DNA of 64,000 bases, taken from NCBI RefSeq assembly GCF_009834535.1, contig NC_045696.1:93126001-93190000 (forward strand), in the 5' to 3' direction. Below, in pieces: positions 25,830-38,621 of the stretch (its first letter is position 1; every line of letters starts with the position of its first letter). Both the position numbers and the translations under genes were made by a program. Source of the DNA: Camelus ferus (taxonomy: Eukaryota). The notes below the pieces were generated by a model. That model had not been told where the DNA came from and did not search any database. It saw nothing but the letters and a program-made list of their open reading frames with translations.

Positions 25830-26113
25830 AGATGACCCCTCACCTTTTCTCCTTCCTGTTTGTCTGGAATTTAGGTGTCACTAATGGAGCTCCAGCCGTC
25901 TCCTAGGGCCATGAGATAATTTTGTGAATGAAAGTTGTGCACTAAAAATGGCAGAGCAGAAAAATGCAAGGGTCCTGAGAATTAGAAGACAGTAGAGATT
26001 CCACGTCTGGACTCCTTACTTCCAGACTTGTCACTTGATAGAGTAACCATTGTTTCTTTTAGTTGCTTTAAATCTCAGTTATGTAAAAATGAAGGCTTTT
26101 CCTAACTGATACA
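25830..26113 (+). mobile_element. MLT1 (J/K-like) LTR fragment
   Basis: tggagctccagccgtc..ccatgag; atggcagagcagaaa; ends cctaactgataca. Confidence 0.6.
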
Positions 26114-26319
26114 TCCCACAGAATGACTGAGGTTACATTTCCCACAGACCTTAGTGGGTAATGGAATGAACCATATTTAATATGATTTAGGAAAGTAAAG
26201 AAATGTGATGTTTCCCTTCCTTTTTTTCCTGAAGCAGATCAGTCAGTGACAGGTCTCTGGAGAACAGTGGCATTAGAGCCCATAGAGACGTGATAGCCGA
26301 CTGGGTTTCTCTTACACAC

Positions 26320-26545
26320 TGAAGATGGTGTGAAGAAAGCTTGGGATTTAAATGGATGCAAATCTGGATTCGGATCCCAGCTCCAGCTCCTCGGACAGGT
26401 GACTTAGTCTCTCCAAACATCAGTTTTCCTATGTAAGGAAGGGGGGTAAGGCATTTCACTGAGTTTGGGGAATGATTTAATGAGGTGCCTTATGAAACAC
26501 AAATTACACTCCCTGGCAGATTGGGAGTCCTCAGTGAATGGCAGT
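26320..26545 (+). mobile_element. MIR SINE
   Basis: ctggattcggatcccagctc...cagttttcctatgtaa...cctggcagat..ctcagtgaatggcag. Confidence 0.6.
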
Positions 26546-26857
26546 GTTCCAGACTGTGTGTAACGGAGAGAAAGGAGAGAGATACAGAAAAGAAAAAAGT
26601 AAAAACAGAGGGACACCCATGAGCCCAGAGAAGAAGGCTGAGGTGTTACAGTAATTTTCAAAGCTCTGCTTCCTTTCTTTCTTCATCCTCCCAAGGAGCA
26701 GGGGAAGGAGATACTCTAGTTAGCAGGTTACCAAAGCAGCTATTAAGCCAGACGTCCAGCTATGCGCCCAGGATCTGAAAACAAAACAAAATCTCAAACC
26801 TGAGCAGTTGTAAAGAAAACAAATTGGTACAAGTGAAGAATTCACTTGCAGTTTCTC

Positions 26858-27075
26858 CTTCAGCAAATACTGACAGAACACTTCCTGTGTTCTGAGCCTT
26901 GGGGATACAGTGAGAAGGGGACAGACCAAGAGTCTGCGCTGGAGAAACGTTCATTCTGGCGGCAGAGGCAGGCGGCATGAGTGTAGATTAGAGCATATAC
27001 TGTCAGATACTGAGGTGGGCGCTGGGAAAACACCAAGTAGGTGAAGAGATGGAGAGTGATAAGGTAGGAGACGTG
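26858..27075 (-). mobile_element. L2 3' fragment
   Basis: ttcagcaaatactga..ctgtgttctgagccttggggatacagtg. Confidence 0.6.
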
Positions 27076-27769
27076 CTTTTAAAAAATAGGCTTTTCAGGT
27101 CCAAACAGTATTTAAGAGAATGTGAATTACAATACAAAGGCTTAAAGTTGCTTGATTACTTCATCTTCAAATGATCATGGTGTCATCTGAAGAGTCATAC
27201 GGAGAGATGCTGATCAATCATTTTCTTCTCTATAGAAAGATTTGACCAAACAGGTCCTGAACACTTATCTAGCACTTACTGAGGGCCCTGGGACTCGTGT
27301 TGTGTAATCTCTACAAGCCTCAGTTTTCTTAATTATAAATGAGACCACGGTATCCGCTTCACAAGGTTTGTGGGAGAGCAAGGGAAAAGGTTAAGGCATG
27401 TGAAGTGCTTGGCGTACCCTCAAAGCTCAAGGACTATTTATTCCTTTCTCTCTTCCTGGGGTAGGACGTACCAAAAAGAAAGTGATTCAAACTAAAGCCA
27501 GACAGATCATTTGTGGAAAGACAAGAATTCTTGATTGTTGGTGTGATGACCCTGAAACTGAGCTTCTGAAGGCACCTGTGGATTGCTGAGACTTCTGAAG
27601 GGACCCGAGGCACTCTTGTATCCTTTAATTAGAATAAAGACAATGGGTGGGGACCAATCATGCCCTCACATTCTTTCCGGCTCTGACGTCCTAAATTTAG
27701 CATCTGCCCTTTCTTTTTCAGTCTGGAAAGCAGAGTTTCCTAGATAGGAGTTCACTGACTTTTGCAGGC

Positions 27770-27875
27770 TGGTCTGCATTACAGTCATCTGAGAACTTCT
27801 GAAAACAGATTCCCCGATCCTGGCTCTGGATATTTTGATTTGGTAGATTAGGGGTGGGGCCTGGAAATGGCACTG
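27770..27875. mobile_element. MER5-like hAT-Charlie remnant
   Basis: tgcattacagtcatctgagaactt..cagattccc..gtagattaggggtggggcctggaa. Confidence 0.55.
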
Positions 27876-28249
27876 AATCAGATTGTATCAAATCCATTTT
27901 AGGTTGGTCACTCACTTATAATGAAAATGTGTAACCTTTGCTTTAAATCCCTAAGAGTAAAATTATAAAAAGCCACAGCAATACTCCTAACATAACTTAA
28001 CATTTTCCCTACAAAATGATCTACATCCATTTTCATAATTTTACTATTTATTTAAAGACAGATTCTCAAGAGCAAGTTTAAATTTTTCGCTGCCATCTTC
28101 AAGTGGATTGTGTACAACAAGCCAGTAGGTACTTTCCTAGACCCTTTTCTTGATGAATTTTAGCTTAGAAAATAGCAAAACTTTACTGCATTTAGCCAGA
28201 CTTTAAAAATTCATATTTAAGGACATTAAAAATATGAACTTTTAGTCAC

Positions 28250-28474
28250 TACTATTGATACAATTGGGTAAATAACGGGGAAAAAAGCTGGATCTCTACT
28301 CACACTGTAAACTGGTATAAATTTCAAATGAACCAAATGTTTAAATGTAAAAAAAGAAAACCATGCAATTACTTAAAGAACATGATTAAAACTTTATAAG
28401 ATTTGAATAGGGAAGGTCTATGATTCAAATTTCAGACTCCCTGAAAGATTAAGTGAAAACCAAAAATTCTTAAT

Positions 28475-28511
<37 letters not shown>

Positions 28512-29560
28512 CCAAATATTCAAAAACAAACTAGGAAAAAACTCTTCAGGTCATCTTACAAATAAAAACAACTATCTCTAATATAGAGAAAGCTCTTTTA
28601 TATGAAAGAGTATACATCATTTAAAAAACAAGCAAGGCATAGGAGCAGAAATATAAAAAAAAAAAAGAGAAATATAAATGGTCCCTAACACTTAGATGTT
28701 CAAAATTCCTCAAAAGAAATGCAATTTAAAACTCTATTAAGATACCATTTCTCACCAAGTTGGATTGGTAAAAATCTAAGTTTGTCTTCAGGCACATTTC
28801 TATGTTGCTAGTGGGAACGTAAATTAGTCCTACTCCTGTGGAGAGTAATTTGACACTAAAAATCAAAATTACAACTGCATTTACCCTTTCACTTGGCATG
28901 CCCACTACTGGGTATTTATCCTACAGGCAGGTTGGAAGGCAGTTCAGACCACTTGACAAAGATGTGCCTATGATTCTTTCAGCCCAGTCAAATAATTTTT
29001 TCCCTTGTGCAGGATGATGTGGGTGTGAGTTCGGTCCCACCATTTGTTTGTTTCAACAGTCCAAGCATCCAACAAGGGAGGATAGTTAAACATCTCATGT
29101 ACATTCAAACAATGGAATGCTCTGCCACTGTAAACATGTGGATGCCATTCACGGAAATGGAGAGCCTCCAATCTGTGGTCCCACAAAGAAAGCACAGTCC
29201 AGAGCAGCATGTGTTGTCTAACTTTTGTGTAGGAAAGGGAGAAAAAAAAGAGTGCACACCCCCATCATCTTATATTTGAATTAAAAATCTTTGGAATAAA
29301 TTCGAAACTAATAAAATGGTTGAGGATGAAGGAAGCAAGTTGGATTCGGGAATGGGTGGGCATGAGACCCTTTTGTTTGCTTTGCAATCCCCCTGTGGCT
29401 AATAGTTTTATTTGAAAGAGAAGTATCTGACTATAGTTTGTAACATTAATTCTAATAATGGAGCAGGAGACTTTTCACTGTAATCCTTTTTATACTGTTT
29501 TGTTTTATGAACCAGAGGACTGTATTACCTACCTAAAATATAAAATAAAGTAAAAAGCCT
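28250..29560 (+). mobile_element. Ancient L1 (L1ME/MC-like) 3' fragment containing an A31 tract and a 72-bp foreign insert
   Basis: gataccatttctcacc, ttgctagtgggaacgtaaattagt, cccactactgggtatttatcct, acaatggaatgct. Confidence 0.7.
28926..28997 (+). repeat. Direct copy of 30636-30710
   Basis: 72 vs 75 bp; 3 substitutions, one 4-bp and one 1-bp indel by eye. Confidence 0.95.
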
Positions 29561-30635
29561 CTATGAAAAAACAAGAGTATGCTGATTTCATGTGGATAAT
29601 TAGTATTTTAAATAAAAATAACATTTTGGTCAAACTGAAGTAAAGAAACTACACCAAACAAGAGGAAATTACACCAAGAAACTTGTGTAGTGAAGATATT
29701 TTTAGATACATTTTTCTAGAGTGAGAGTGGACCCCATGAACCATGCAGTGTTTCAATATTTTTTTTTCCCCAGAGAGAGAAATCTAACCCTTGAAATGTT
29801 ATTACAAAGAGACTAAAAACCACAGAGAGAGGTGTTACTAGTCCTCAAGTGTGTATTTTGGCTGCAAGTAACAAAAAGCCTTTTCATAGGCCCACAACCA
29901 GGAGGAAGCAGGCCTCTGACATTGCTTCAGAGACTCAATAATGTCACAAAATTGCTTCCAAAGCCCCAGGCAGAAAAATGCATGTTCCAGGATGTTCCAG
30001 GATGACAAAGACGAGGAAATGCATCCCCGCCATTGTTTTTATAAGTAATCAAAGAAAAAACAGTAACTCTGCCTAAATCCCTCAGCACACTTTTTTCTTG
30101 CCACATTCATTCCTAAATGCAGGGGGATAGCTGGAAAAGTGAGTGTTTAGTTTGCCAGCTTCTGTGGCAGGAGCCGGAAGGGGGAAGAGTGATGGAAAGA
30201 CTGGCCGGGTTAGCCAAGCAGTCATGGCTGCTCCACCGTGAAAGGTGGGCTGCCGGGTGACGGGCACCGCCCCCCCACCCCCAAGGGCAACTCTGGGCTG
30301 AGTTCAGAAGTAGCCTTATTTGAGGCTGATTTCCCCTATATTAAAAGGGATGAAATGAGAGATTTCTTTGAATTTCCTGGGCCTCTACCCTTTGGGAACT
30401 GCTCAGCTGTTTCCTGCAGCTGTAGTGTACTGCCCTTTAAAAGTATACTATTCAAACCTCATGCTCATATTAGTGATTATTACGATATTTTAAACTTTCA
30501 AAATAGCTACCTGTAAGCACTTCAGTAACCTTCTGAGAAAGTCTCTTCACTGAATATTCTAATGGTCAGAGTGGCACGTTCTTTAAGAAATCTCCTGATG
30601 ACAAGTCTGTCTGGCTTGGATTGTTTCACACCGTT

Positions 30636-30710
30636 GGCAGCTTGGAAGGCAGTTCGGCCCACTTGACAGTTAAAGATGTGCCTATGATCTTTCAGCCCAG
30701 TCAAATAATT
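30636..30710 (+). repeat. Presumed donor of the 28926-28997 copy
   Basis: ggcagcttggaaggcagttcggcccacttgacagttaaagatgtgcctatgatctttcagcccagtcaaataatt in apparently unique DNA. Confidence 0.9.
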
Positions 30711-31469
30711 AGTGTAAGCCCCTACAAGAGGGGATAGATTTTTTGTGTCATCATTAGAGAATCCTTTCAATGTAGATTCCTCTGGAAAAGGTAACACCTA
30801 ACCTTAATGGGAAATAGCCTTCCTCATTCTGGTGATGGAGGCGGGGTGAGATTCAGGAACAGAGGCTAAACAAAGGGTGAAAAGATGTCTTGGTGGGGCA
30901 TTCTTCACTCATTCAAATACACATTTCTTAAGGGAAGGACAGTTATCCGCTCTAGAATTCACATAGTCTGTGCATTTACTCACTTAAAATTTTTATTGAT
31001 CAACTGCTACATAAAAGACACTAATGTAGAAAGAAAGGTCAGTGTTGGGGATGAGACTATAGAGGACTTGGGGGCAGTGGTTTTACCACATTTTTAAGCC
31101 AAAGAAGCCCATGTTTTAATAACATTTACACAGATGTCCTGTACCTAACATAGATGCAGACTGGGCTGAGTGTGTGTGGCGGACCCAGACCCCTCAGCCT
31201 AGAGGTTCTCTTCACTCCCTGATGTCTCTCCAGGCTGCAACTGGATTTTTTTTTTTTTTTTTTGAGGGATTGAAATGAGCACCTGCACTGAACAGCATCC
31301 CTTCTGAAGAGCTTGGCTGTTTCACATCAAGGCGCCTAATGTTCACTTAGTGTCCTGATCACAGATGTTGACATCCAACCTTGGGATTCTTGCAATGGCC
31401 ATGACGTGCCACAGGGGCAAAAGGGGAGAGGGTGGGAGGCATCCTATCTCGCACTAGGGAGGCAAACTG

Positions 31470-31715
31470 AAATGTTTACAGGAGCACATGCAAAGTACTT
31501 AAATGAAGTAACACAGCGGGGACTGAGGTGAACTGAGTGGCACGTGCTCCAAAAGGAGACAGAAGCGCTTCAATTCAGCCTCATTGCTGCCTAGATGCTT
31601 ATGTGTTTTGGAGAAGTTATAAATTTATATTTTTATGATAATAACTAATTCAAACATTTAACACTTTGCGAGCCAAACAAAACAAGTCTGTGGATTGGCA
31701 GCCAGTTTAAATTTC
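31470..31715 (-). mobile_element. MER102-like remnant
   Basis: aactaattcaaa...acactttgcgagccaaacaaaacaagtctgtgg...gccagttt matches the reverse MER102 5' end. Confidence 0.6.
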
Positions 31716-31954
31716 AGATTTAGGCCTTTTGGACTTTCAGACTTTCCTGAGTATCTCACTCATTGACCAAGGTTATGTTGTTTAATTTTCATTGCATATG
31801 ACTGATCTTGGTCTTATAGAGCAATATGCATGTTGCATAATAGAGGACGAGTTGAGACATAAATACTGAAGGGGTCCAATTGTACACCATCCTATGAGAT
31901 GCATTAGTTATAATAATAGTTCAGTTAAATAATGTGCATGATGTTACATTCATT

Positions 31955-32125
31955 CAAATGATGAGATCTGGTCTCTTACTGCATTGCCTCTGGTTACTTC
32001 TCTGTTTCAATTTCCTTAGGTGTAAAATGGGGCTGTATTAGTATCCATAGTAAAAGGTTGTTGTAAAGACTAAATGAGATAATGAGATAATGCATGTAAA
32101 ATAACAGAGAATTAATGATACATGC
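31955..32125 (+). mobile_element. MIR SINE
   Basis: tctctgtttcaatttcctt..tgtaaaatgggg..ggttgttgtaaagactaaatgagataa. Confidence 0.75.
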
Positions 32126-32724
32126 TGTTGATGTTATGAAGGAGACTCAAAAAGAACACACCTCTTCACTGCCCAAGTTCTGACCAGTTAAAATATAATA
32201 AAAGTAACCCATGAAGAATTAAGATATCAGCTTTATCAAGGGTGAGGGCTAAGTTGCAAGACACAACATAGTTTCACCAACAAAATGGCTCACTAACTCC
32301 CACTCTTGGCCTTGGAACAACCTATCCAAGGGAAGTTTTGTTTCATAGGAGCAGGGTACTAACTGCCCCTGGTCCAGACACAGAGGAAAGAGAAAAGGCT
32401 TAGAGTGTTCGTTCATTCCCACTGTGGACATATTAGCTCCATCTAACTGAGAAATTGTTGACCAATGGCTACCTGCCAATGAGAGTGCACCACGTCCAAG
32501 GAGAAGAGTCCATAGTGACAAGAAGCCATGGGTGTTGAGGGGAGAGCCTCCTCAAGGAAAAAAAGGCATGGGGGAAGAAGCATTTTCCCGAAGATTTACT
32601 AAAAGCTCAATAAATGGTACCTGTTCTTATTATTGATATATAGAACCCTGACAATTTTTAATTTGGTAGCCTTTCAATTAATTGCAAGATGAGCCCTGCC
32701 CAAATGTACTCCTTGTGTCCCCAG

Positions 32725-33010
32725 ACTGGAATTTTGCAAACTGTGTTCTGTAGGATGCTAAGAGAGAAGCTGGGAAAACTGGGTTCTAGGCTCAAATAAT
32801 TTGGAGAAAATGTGGATTACAGAACAAAATAGAGCTCTTCACCACAGGACATCCTAGTCCTTTATATGCTAATGTGCTTTTGACATGCTGATAAATATGT
32901 ATAATGAACGCCTCTATTTCAAACTCATTCATGCTGGGACACTTTTCTCCTGGCATGTTTATTAACATTTTAGGAACAATGTTTTGTGGTTGACAGTCAG
33001 GGAAAGACTA
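32725..33010. mobile_element. MER112-like hAT-Charlie remnant
   Basis: caaactgtgttc; caggacatcctagtcctttatatgctaatgtgc; ttattaacattttaggaac. Confidence 0.55.
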
Positions 33011-33709
33011 ATTTAGATTAATTTTAAATCAACCAATTTATCCAAATACTAGGGAAAACAACATTAACTATTGTAAATTGTATATCTCAACTTACCGTCA
33101 ACTAAGCACAAACACAATGAACAAACAGAAAGCAAAGTACATTTTATAATGTCCTCCTGCCTTTAAAAATATTGCTTATATTTTGTTTTTTGATCCAGAA
33201 AGGCAAATAAGAATGGTTAAGCTAATTCTCTCTTAGGCAAAGTTTTATTCTTTTGTTCAGTGTGTCTTGCCAATGGCCTTTGTCATTACCAGCCGGGCCC
33301 TCCTTCCTGTGAGTGGGCTGGTTTCTGCACATGGGCCACAATGTACACAGCTGGGAAGGAGGAAGGAATTGAAGGTTAGGGCTCATCAAATTCAGGTTTC
33401 TAATAAGAGCGAAAGAGTCTTTAAAAACCAGTTTTGACCTGGCAGTTTATTGCTTTCTTTCTGGAGTTTCTTTATAATAAATATTAATAAAGAAGCCATC
33501 CATTTCCTTTATCATTCTAGTCCTCAAATGTTGTATTAAAATTTGTTTAAATATTGAATTCTGAATATTTCTGGATTCGTTCAACCAATTGACTCCAGCT
33601 TTGGACTCAGCAGGTATAGGTGTCTAACTGGTTTCTAAAACTATGGGCAATGGTTCCTATAGTTTGCCTGCATGACGCTGTGTTTTAGCCGAGATGATCC
33701 TGTTAATAA

Positions 33710-33935
33710 ATACAGCAACAGATATTTACAGAGTGTGTGCCAAGCACATTATTTCATTTGATCTCCACAAATAGATTCTGAAATAGGTGCAATTATTTGG
33801 CCCGTTTCACAGATGGAGACTGGGGCTTGCAGAGAGGCTAAAGGTTCCTGAGGCCACCCAGTCTGTACAAAGCAGTGGCTTGATGGGAACTCAGGCTGTC
33901 TGCACCGCATTCTGCCCTTAACCACCATGTGCAGT
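33710..33935 (-). mobile_element. MIR SINE
   Basis: ttatttcatttgatctccacaa..tttcacagatggagactggggcttgcagagaggctaa. Confidence 0.8.
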
Positions 33936-34839
33936 TTAAGAATACTTGGAGATACAATTTTAAAAACCCATCTGGTTCTTCCAGGTCTTTGCAGAGTCAT
34001 AAATTTGTGTGGCTCCAAACTTATTTTGTTTGCTGTTCACATGAATGCATCTATATTTGGCAACTCCTAGGGCTCTCTCAATAATTTAAAAACCACAATG
34101 TTCAAACTGTCCTGGGAGGTAGAGATGAATAGGAACAAAGCGTTAGCTAATGCTGTCTAATTGGGCCAGCATGAGTGGCTGAGTAAAAAAGAAAAAGGCA
34201 AGTTGGGTTGCGGATGGGATGCTATTAGGATGAGAGAGGGCAGATTGCGTGCCTCTAGCTTTAAGTGGAAATGGATATGATCGAAGCATGACACAGATCC
34301 TTGTGCTCAGGAACGTTAAGGATACTTTACAACTGAGGCCGTGGTGAAATAAAAGCAGTAGAAATGCTAAGGCCTCAGATACCTGAAAACTGGCTTTCAA
34401 AATATTTGCCACAAATTATGATTTATTGTACACAGGCACCTTTGCAGATGTGCCAAGATTTATGCTTTATCTGACTTGAATTCTGAAAGGGCACCTGATC
34501 ACAAATGAGGATAAATTACCTCTCCAGATGCAGAAATATTGCCTCTTTCATTTTGACATGTTGTGGTGTGTGTTTTTCCTTCTTTCTGTGGTTACAGCTT
34601 GAGAAATGTTCTATCATGTGAAACCGATTACGCTCTGTGAAATCATCTAAAAGTATCTGAAAGCCACATAATGGCCTGGTGTGGCACGTTTTGAGGGTGG
34701 GGTTGGGGGAATTAGAGTCCGTGATTTTAATAATCAAATACCAAGGATGAGTATCAACTTTGATCTTCCAGGAGGAACATCAAATTATGCCCCCTGTTCT
34801 TCTCTCCCCCTTTCCATCCCTACCCCATTGAGCATAAAG

Positions 34840-35200
34840 ATTTTCAAGTAACTTTTTCTTGAGCTTTTACCAAAGCTTCTATGTGAGATACTAACATGCC
34901 TGAAATAGAGTCCCTGTCTCCATAGGAGGTACAGTTGCACGAGGTATCCAACATCCACATCAAATACCTATCACACGAAGGAGGACCATGGCAAGGGCTC
35001 TAATGGAGGAATGAAACTTGATGGAACCCGGAACAGGTAAAAACTTCAATCAGCCTGAGGGTATCAGAGAAGGTATCACAGAGGAAGAGACATCTGAGCT
35101 TGTGTTAAAGGATGAGCAAGAATTTGATTAGAAAGAAGTATTAGAAAGGCATTTCAAGGTTAAAAGTAGCTTAAATCAAAAAGGAGTGCTAGGATTTGCA
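34840..35200 (-). mobile_element. L2 fragment (further L2 at about 37700-38330)
   Basis: gtccctgtctccataggag; tcagagaaggtatcacagaggaagagacatctgagct..aaggatgagcaag. Confidence 0.6.
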
Positions 35201-35675
35201 GGTAGTTAAAGGTTACATTCCCTGCTAAAGGCATGCAAATCTCATTGAAAGCCAAAACAAAACACAGATGCATTTATTTCAGACTCAGCCTGGGGACAGC
35301 TAGTTTTCAACCCTTGGGTTAAAGATCAAAGGGCATTAGCCACAGTCAACAAACCCCATCCACCTCTCAGTACTTCAAATCAGCTTTTTTATTGCCTTTT
35401 TCTTAAAAGATGAGCAGATAATCAGATACCTAAGGAATCTTAACAAAAAATATAAAGACTAAAAAACATACACAAAAATAGACAACTTGAGGAAACCAAA
35501 ACTATACATAAACATGCAAACACTGAAAGGAAAAATTACCATTAATTAATGTTCTTAGGGAGGTAAGAGACAATATTATATCCTTGAATCATGAGTAAGA
35601 GGCTATCATAAATAGAACATTAAAAAAAACTTGGAAATAAAAAAAGTGATAGCAGAAGAAAAGATTAAATTAATG

Positions 35676-37245
35676 CTCAAATAAACAACCTAACTATACA
35701 ACAAAAGGAACTAGAAAAAGAACAAACAAAACCTAAAGTTAGTAGAAGAAATCATAAAGATCAGAGCAGAAATAAATGAAAGACTGAAAAAACAGGTCTA
35801 TAAAACTAAGATTGTTCTTTGAAAAGAAAAACAAAATTGATACACATTTAGCCAGACTCATCAAGAAAAAATGAGAGAGGACTTCAAATAAATAAAATCA
35901 GAAATGAAAAAGAAGAAATCACAACCAACAGAAATACAAACGATCATAAGAGATTACTATGAACAACTACATGCCAATAAAATGGACAACCTAGAAGAAA
36001 TGAACAAATTCCTAGAAATGTGCAATCTCCCAAGACCGAATCAGGAAGAAACAGAAAATATGAACAGACCAATCATCAGTACTGAAATTGAATCAGTAAC
36101 AAAACAATGCTCAACAAACAAAACTCCAGGACCAGATGGCTTCACAGGTGAATTCTACCGAATATTTAAAGAGTTAATACCTATACTTATGAAACTATTA
36201 CAAAAAATTGCAGAAAAAAGAATGCTCCCAAACTTATCCTATGAGGCCAGCATCACCATGATACCATAACCAGACATAGATATCACAAAAAAAAAGAAAA
36301 TTTCAGGCCAATATCACTAACACATAGATGCAAATCCTCAACAAAATACTAGCAAACCGAATCCAATAATATGCTAAAAGGATCATCAAGTGGGATTTAT
36401 CCCAGGAATGCAGATTTTTCAATATCCTCAAATCAATTAATGTGATACACCACATTAACCAATTAAAGAATAAAAAATCATATGATTATCTCAATAAATA
36501 TGAAAAAAGCTTTTAACAATATTTAACATTCATTTATAATGAAAAAACTTTCCTATAGAGAGAACAAAGCCCAATATAAAAAAGGCCATATATGACAAAC
36601 CTACAGCCAACATCATACTCAATGGTGAAAACCTGAAAGCATTTCCTCTAAGATCAGGAACAAGACAAGGATGCCCACTCTTGCCACTTTTATTCAACAT
36701 AGTTTTGAAAGTTCTAGTCACAGCAATCAGACAAGGAAAAGAAATAAAAGGAATTCAGAATGGAAAGAAAGAAGTAAAACTGTCACTATTTGTAGATGAC
36801 ATGATACTATGTATTCTAAAGACACCACCAAAAACCTGTTAGAACTAATAAATGAATTCTGTAAAATTATGGGATACAAAACTCATATGCAGAAACATGC
36901 TGTTTCTATACACAAAAAACAAACCATCAGAAAGAGAAAATAAAGAAACAATTTCATTTTCAATTGCATCAAAAAGAATAAAATACCTAGGAAAAATCTA
37001 AGATTAAAGACCTGTACTTTAGAAAACTATAGGACACTGATGAAAGAAATTGAAGAAGACACAAATGGAAAGATACGCCATGCTCTTTGATTAGAAGAGT
37101 TAATTTTGTCAAAATGACCATACAACCCATATTACCCAAGGTAATCTACAGATTCAGTGCAATCTCAAATTGTTAATGGCATTTTTCAAAGAACAAGTAA
37201 TTCTAAAATTTGTATGGAAGCACAGAAGACCCCAAATAGCCAAAA
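35676..37245 (+). mobile_element. L1 ORF2 internal fragment (decayed, no 3' end)
   Basis: ORF 35904-36269 gives [29 protein letters not shown] region ggaacaagacaaggatgccc. Confidence 0.92.
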
Positions 37246-37314
37246 GAAGATCAAATAGTGCTTTGTAAAACTTGGTAAGAATAGTGTTTTGTTTTTTGTT
37301 TTTGTTTTTGTTTT

Positions 37315-37655
37315 TGGAACTTCATACCTTATTTATAGCTGAAAATTTGTACCTTTTTACCAACGTCTCCCTCTTTCTCCACCCCCAGCCCCTGGCAACC
37401 ACTTTTTTTTTTACAGTTTCTATGAGTTTGACTTTTTACTTAGATTACAAATGTAAGTGAAACCATGCAGTATTGTTTTTCTCTGCCTGGCTTATTTCAC
37501 TTAGCATAATGCCCTCAAAGTCCATCCATGTTTTTAGAAACTGCAGGATTTCCTCCTTTCTCATGGCCAAATAATATTCCACTGTGTGCATATACCACAT
37601 CTTCTTTATGCATTAATCTACTGATGGACACTTAGGCTATTTCCTTATCTTCCAT
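37315..37655 (-). mobile_element. L1 3' UTR fragment, opposite orientation
   Basis: tggcttatttcacttagcataatg..gtccatccatgt..gatggacacttagg. Confidence 0.85.
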
Positions 37656-37699
37656 ACTTTATCCAAAGAGAAACAAGGAGACATTAAGAGTTATACACA

Positions 37700-38330
37700 G
37701 AACTTCTATGTGTAGAATATATTGGGACAGATAAGGATGCATGAAGAAGGCTATTACAACAATCAGTGTAATAGAGGCCTAAACTAGGGAAGAAGCAGAG
37801 AACTGGTGAGTTGTAGACAGAAACAGGACATACTGGAAATTTAGACCTTTATGATTGATTGAACGTAGTGATGAGGGAAAAGGAGGGCAGGTACTGAGCG
37901 CAACTACTTGAATGGTAGCACCATTCTCAAAGATAAGAAGAGGGGCAAATTCTAAGGGAAAGAGCTTTAGTTCCACTTTCAACATATGTAGAGTTTCATA
38001 TGAGAGTCTAATAGCCAAGTGAAAATGTATATTTGAATTTATGACATTAGCGCTCTAAAGAGAGAACTGTACAGGTGACATTAAAGTTGAGAGTCTTAGA
38101 TAATAGTTGAAGGCATACATATAGAAATTATAAAAGAAGAGTATTGAGAGTATGAAAAAACATCCCTAGCCAGAACCATGAAGAGGACTGCTATTTAAGA
38201 AATGGAGGAGTACGTGGCTGAAAAAGAAATTAAAAGTAGCCAAATAGGCAAGAAGAAAACGAGAAGACAAAGTATTAGGAAGGAGGAGAATCCAATGAAG
38301 AAGAGAAAATATGGCAGAGTGGGAATAATT
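37700..38330 (-). mobile_element. L2 internal fragment
   Basis: aaggctattacaa..ggcctaaactagg; gagctttagttcc; cagaaccatgaagaggactgctatttaag. Confidence 0.5.
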
Positions 38331-38621
38331 AGTAGAGCAATACACTTGAGAAGATGAGAAGTGAGCTTCAGAGAGGGAGGCAGGCTAGCTCCTCCAATTC
38401 AATAGAAGAGAAGATTAGATGCAAATGCATGCAAGTGTTAACTTAGATGGTAGTAAGCAGACTTGAGTCCAAATCTGCTTGATCCTTTTTTATCTTGGAA
38501 GTAGGAACCAAGGTCATCTGCTTAGAGTGAAAGAAACAGTGGGTTTGGAGGTCTGAGAAAACAGAGAATGCTTGAAATTCCCTTTGTGGAAAATGACAAA
38601 TAAACCTATTTTTAAAATATT

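Noticed and set aside
35676..37655. Twin-priming L1 inversion
   Set aside because: The two pieces meet tail-to-tail with no outward poly-A or TSD, which is not twin-priming geometry.
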